Assembly (NCBI GenBank): GCA_043228905.1
Contig: JBHGNT010000005.1
Span: forward strand, 9,176,001-9,240,000
Origin: Azolla caroliniana
Taxonomy: Eukaryota > Plantae > Polypodiophyta
Reading direction: 5' to 3'
Length of the DNA: 64,000 bases
The position numbers and the translations under genes are program-made. Each line of letters begins with the position of its first letter. Position 1 is the first letter of the stretch. The notes beneath the pieces were generated by a model, which saw only the letters and a program-made list of their open reading frames with translations, did no database searches and had not been told where the DNA came from. Shown here piece by piece: positions 62,830 through 64,000 of this stretch.

Positions 62830-64000
62830 TTATCTCCCACTACCTCTACCTCTTCTTACTCCCCCTCTTCCTCTTCCTCCTCTTCCTTCTCCACTCACTC
62901 CTCTTCCACCTCTACCTCCACCTCCTCTTCCTCTCCCTCCCCCTCCCCCTCCCCCTCCCCTTGACATTTCCATCCTCTCTCCTCTATCCCCTCCCCTTCC
63001 AATTCCCCTTCCTCCTCTATCTTGTCTATCTCCAACACCCCTTCCCCTTCCCCTTCCTCTTCCCCCTTCCCTTCTCTCTCCTCTATCTCCACCTTCCCAT
63101 CCTCTCTCACCCCTTGTTGTTTGCATTTCCCCTGCCCTCCCCCTTCCCATTCCCATTCTCATTCCCCCTCTTCCTCTTCCTCCCCTACCCCCTCTTCCTC
63201 TTCCACTTCCACCTCCACCTCCACCTCTTATATTATCATCATCGTCGTCTGATGAATCAAAACTACCTCTAGTACCCCTACCCCTACCCCTACCCCTACC
63301 TCTACTTCTAGTGTTCATGCCACCATCCCTTCCAAAACTACCCCTGCCCAAATCTTCCTCATCATCGGAAATATCGGCAGCGTCCTCATCATCACTATCA
63401 TCCCAATTTTTGAAGGCCTTCCTACGCTTACCCGATTTCCACTTTGATGCACCCCCATGTGGTTCATCATCATCATCATCACTAAATCCATTTTCAAAAT
63501 TTTCAAGTTCTGCTTCCATGTCATTGTCGTCGTCATCGTCATCTTCTTCTTCTACAGGGAACGTCTTGCTTTTAACACCACGGCTTGGCTTTCCATATTC
63601 CTTCCTTGTCTTGTTAGCATATTTATCATCTAAGTCTTTGTCATCAAAGCGACTGGCTGATTCTTTCTTGATGGCATTACGCCAAGGTACGTGACCTTTC
63701 AATCCAATTCCTCTCTGAGATGCTTTAAGAGACTTCGAAGGAGCATCGTCATCACCATCAGGGTAATCATGTTGGAAAGTAACATCAGCATTTTCTTCCA
63801 AATCATCATCTGAATCATCCAAGATGTTTCTACTTAGGTTTGGTTTCCATTCTTGGTACGAATTTCTACTTCGGTTTTCTCCCATGTCAGGTAAAGAAGA
63901 TGGTGTATTTCTAGAAGAACCCCAACTTCCATCAGATCCTGCAGATGCCTTCTTCAGCCCCCAACGTTCATCACTTCTACTCTGGTTATTCCATGAGGCA
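62830..64000 (-). CDS. 3' terminal coding exon of a probable host gene: acidic tracts followed by an RGG/GAR-rich tail (likely RNA-binding)
   Basis: Frame is open from the window edge (ASWNNQSRSDERW...) to TAA TGA. D/E runs, then GRG/RGG repeats; AATAAA about 14 nt after the stop. No TE motifs. Confidence 0.7.
   Translation of the reverse strand, partial: ASWNNQSRSDERWGLKKASAGSDGSWGSSRNTPSSLPDMGENRSRNSYQEWKPNLSRNILDDSDDDLEENADVTFQHDYPDGDDDAPSKSLKASQRGIGLKGHVPWRNAIKKESASRFDDKDLDDKYANKTRKEYGKPSRGVKSKTFPVEEEDDDDDDNDMEAELENFENGFSDDDDDEPHGGASKWKSGKRRKAFKNWDDSDDEDAADISDDEEDLGRGSFGRDGGMNTRSRGRGRGRGRGTRGSFDSSDDDDDNIRGGGGGGSGRGRGGRGGRGRGGMRMGMGRGRAGEMQTTRGERGWEGGDRGERREGGRGRGRGRGVGDRQDRGGRGIGRGGDRGERMEMSRGGGGGGGGRGRGGGGRGGRGVSGEGRGGRGRGGVRRGRGSGR

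Noticed and set aside
62798-63694. Proline-rich plus-strand ORF (extensin-like)
   Set aside because: Antisense shadow of the Gly/Arg-rich minus-strand ORF, which is longer, open to the window edge and followed by AATAAA.

Overview
This is a eukaryotic, TE-saturated window, most likely from a non-seed land plant (inferred from the co-occurrence of Tcn1-like chromoviruses and bryophyte-type non-chromoviruses). About 62 kb is nested retroelements. They comprise: (A) a full-length non-chromovirus Ty3/gypsy element at 3028-12978 with a large extra ORF, plus decayed relatives; (B, D) tRNA-Trp-primed, fungal-like gypsy elements with 4-bp TSDs; two near-intact chromoviruses at 36610-42604 and 54036-59731; Ty1/copia fragments; two RTE/RTE-X-like LINEs; solo LTRs; and MITE-like inserts. 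The last ~1.2 kb is the 3' end of a probable host gene with an acidic and RGG-rich tail. Top observation: family-A elements have no polypurine tract. In its place, 2 nt before the 3' LTR, is a copy of a tRNA-Arg 3' end, i.e. an inverted second PBS. It is conserved in two subfamilies with different LTRs and suggests tRNA-primed plus-strand synthesis. Other signals are antisense tRNA-type A/B boxes inside LTRs of unrelated families, covarying Tf1-type self-priming with one unprocessed end, a -1 frameshift pseudoknot, heat-shock-element arrays and CpG-centred (ACGT) target sites. All family and tRNA assignments come from my reading and recall, not from database searches.
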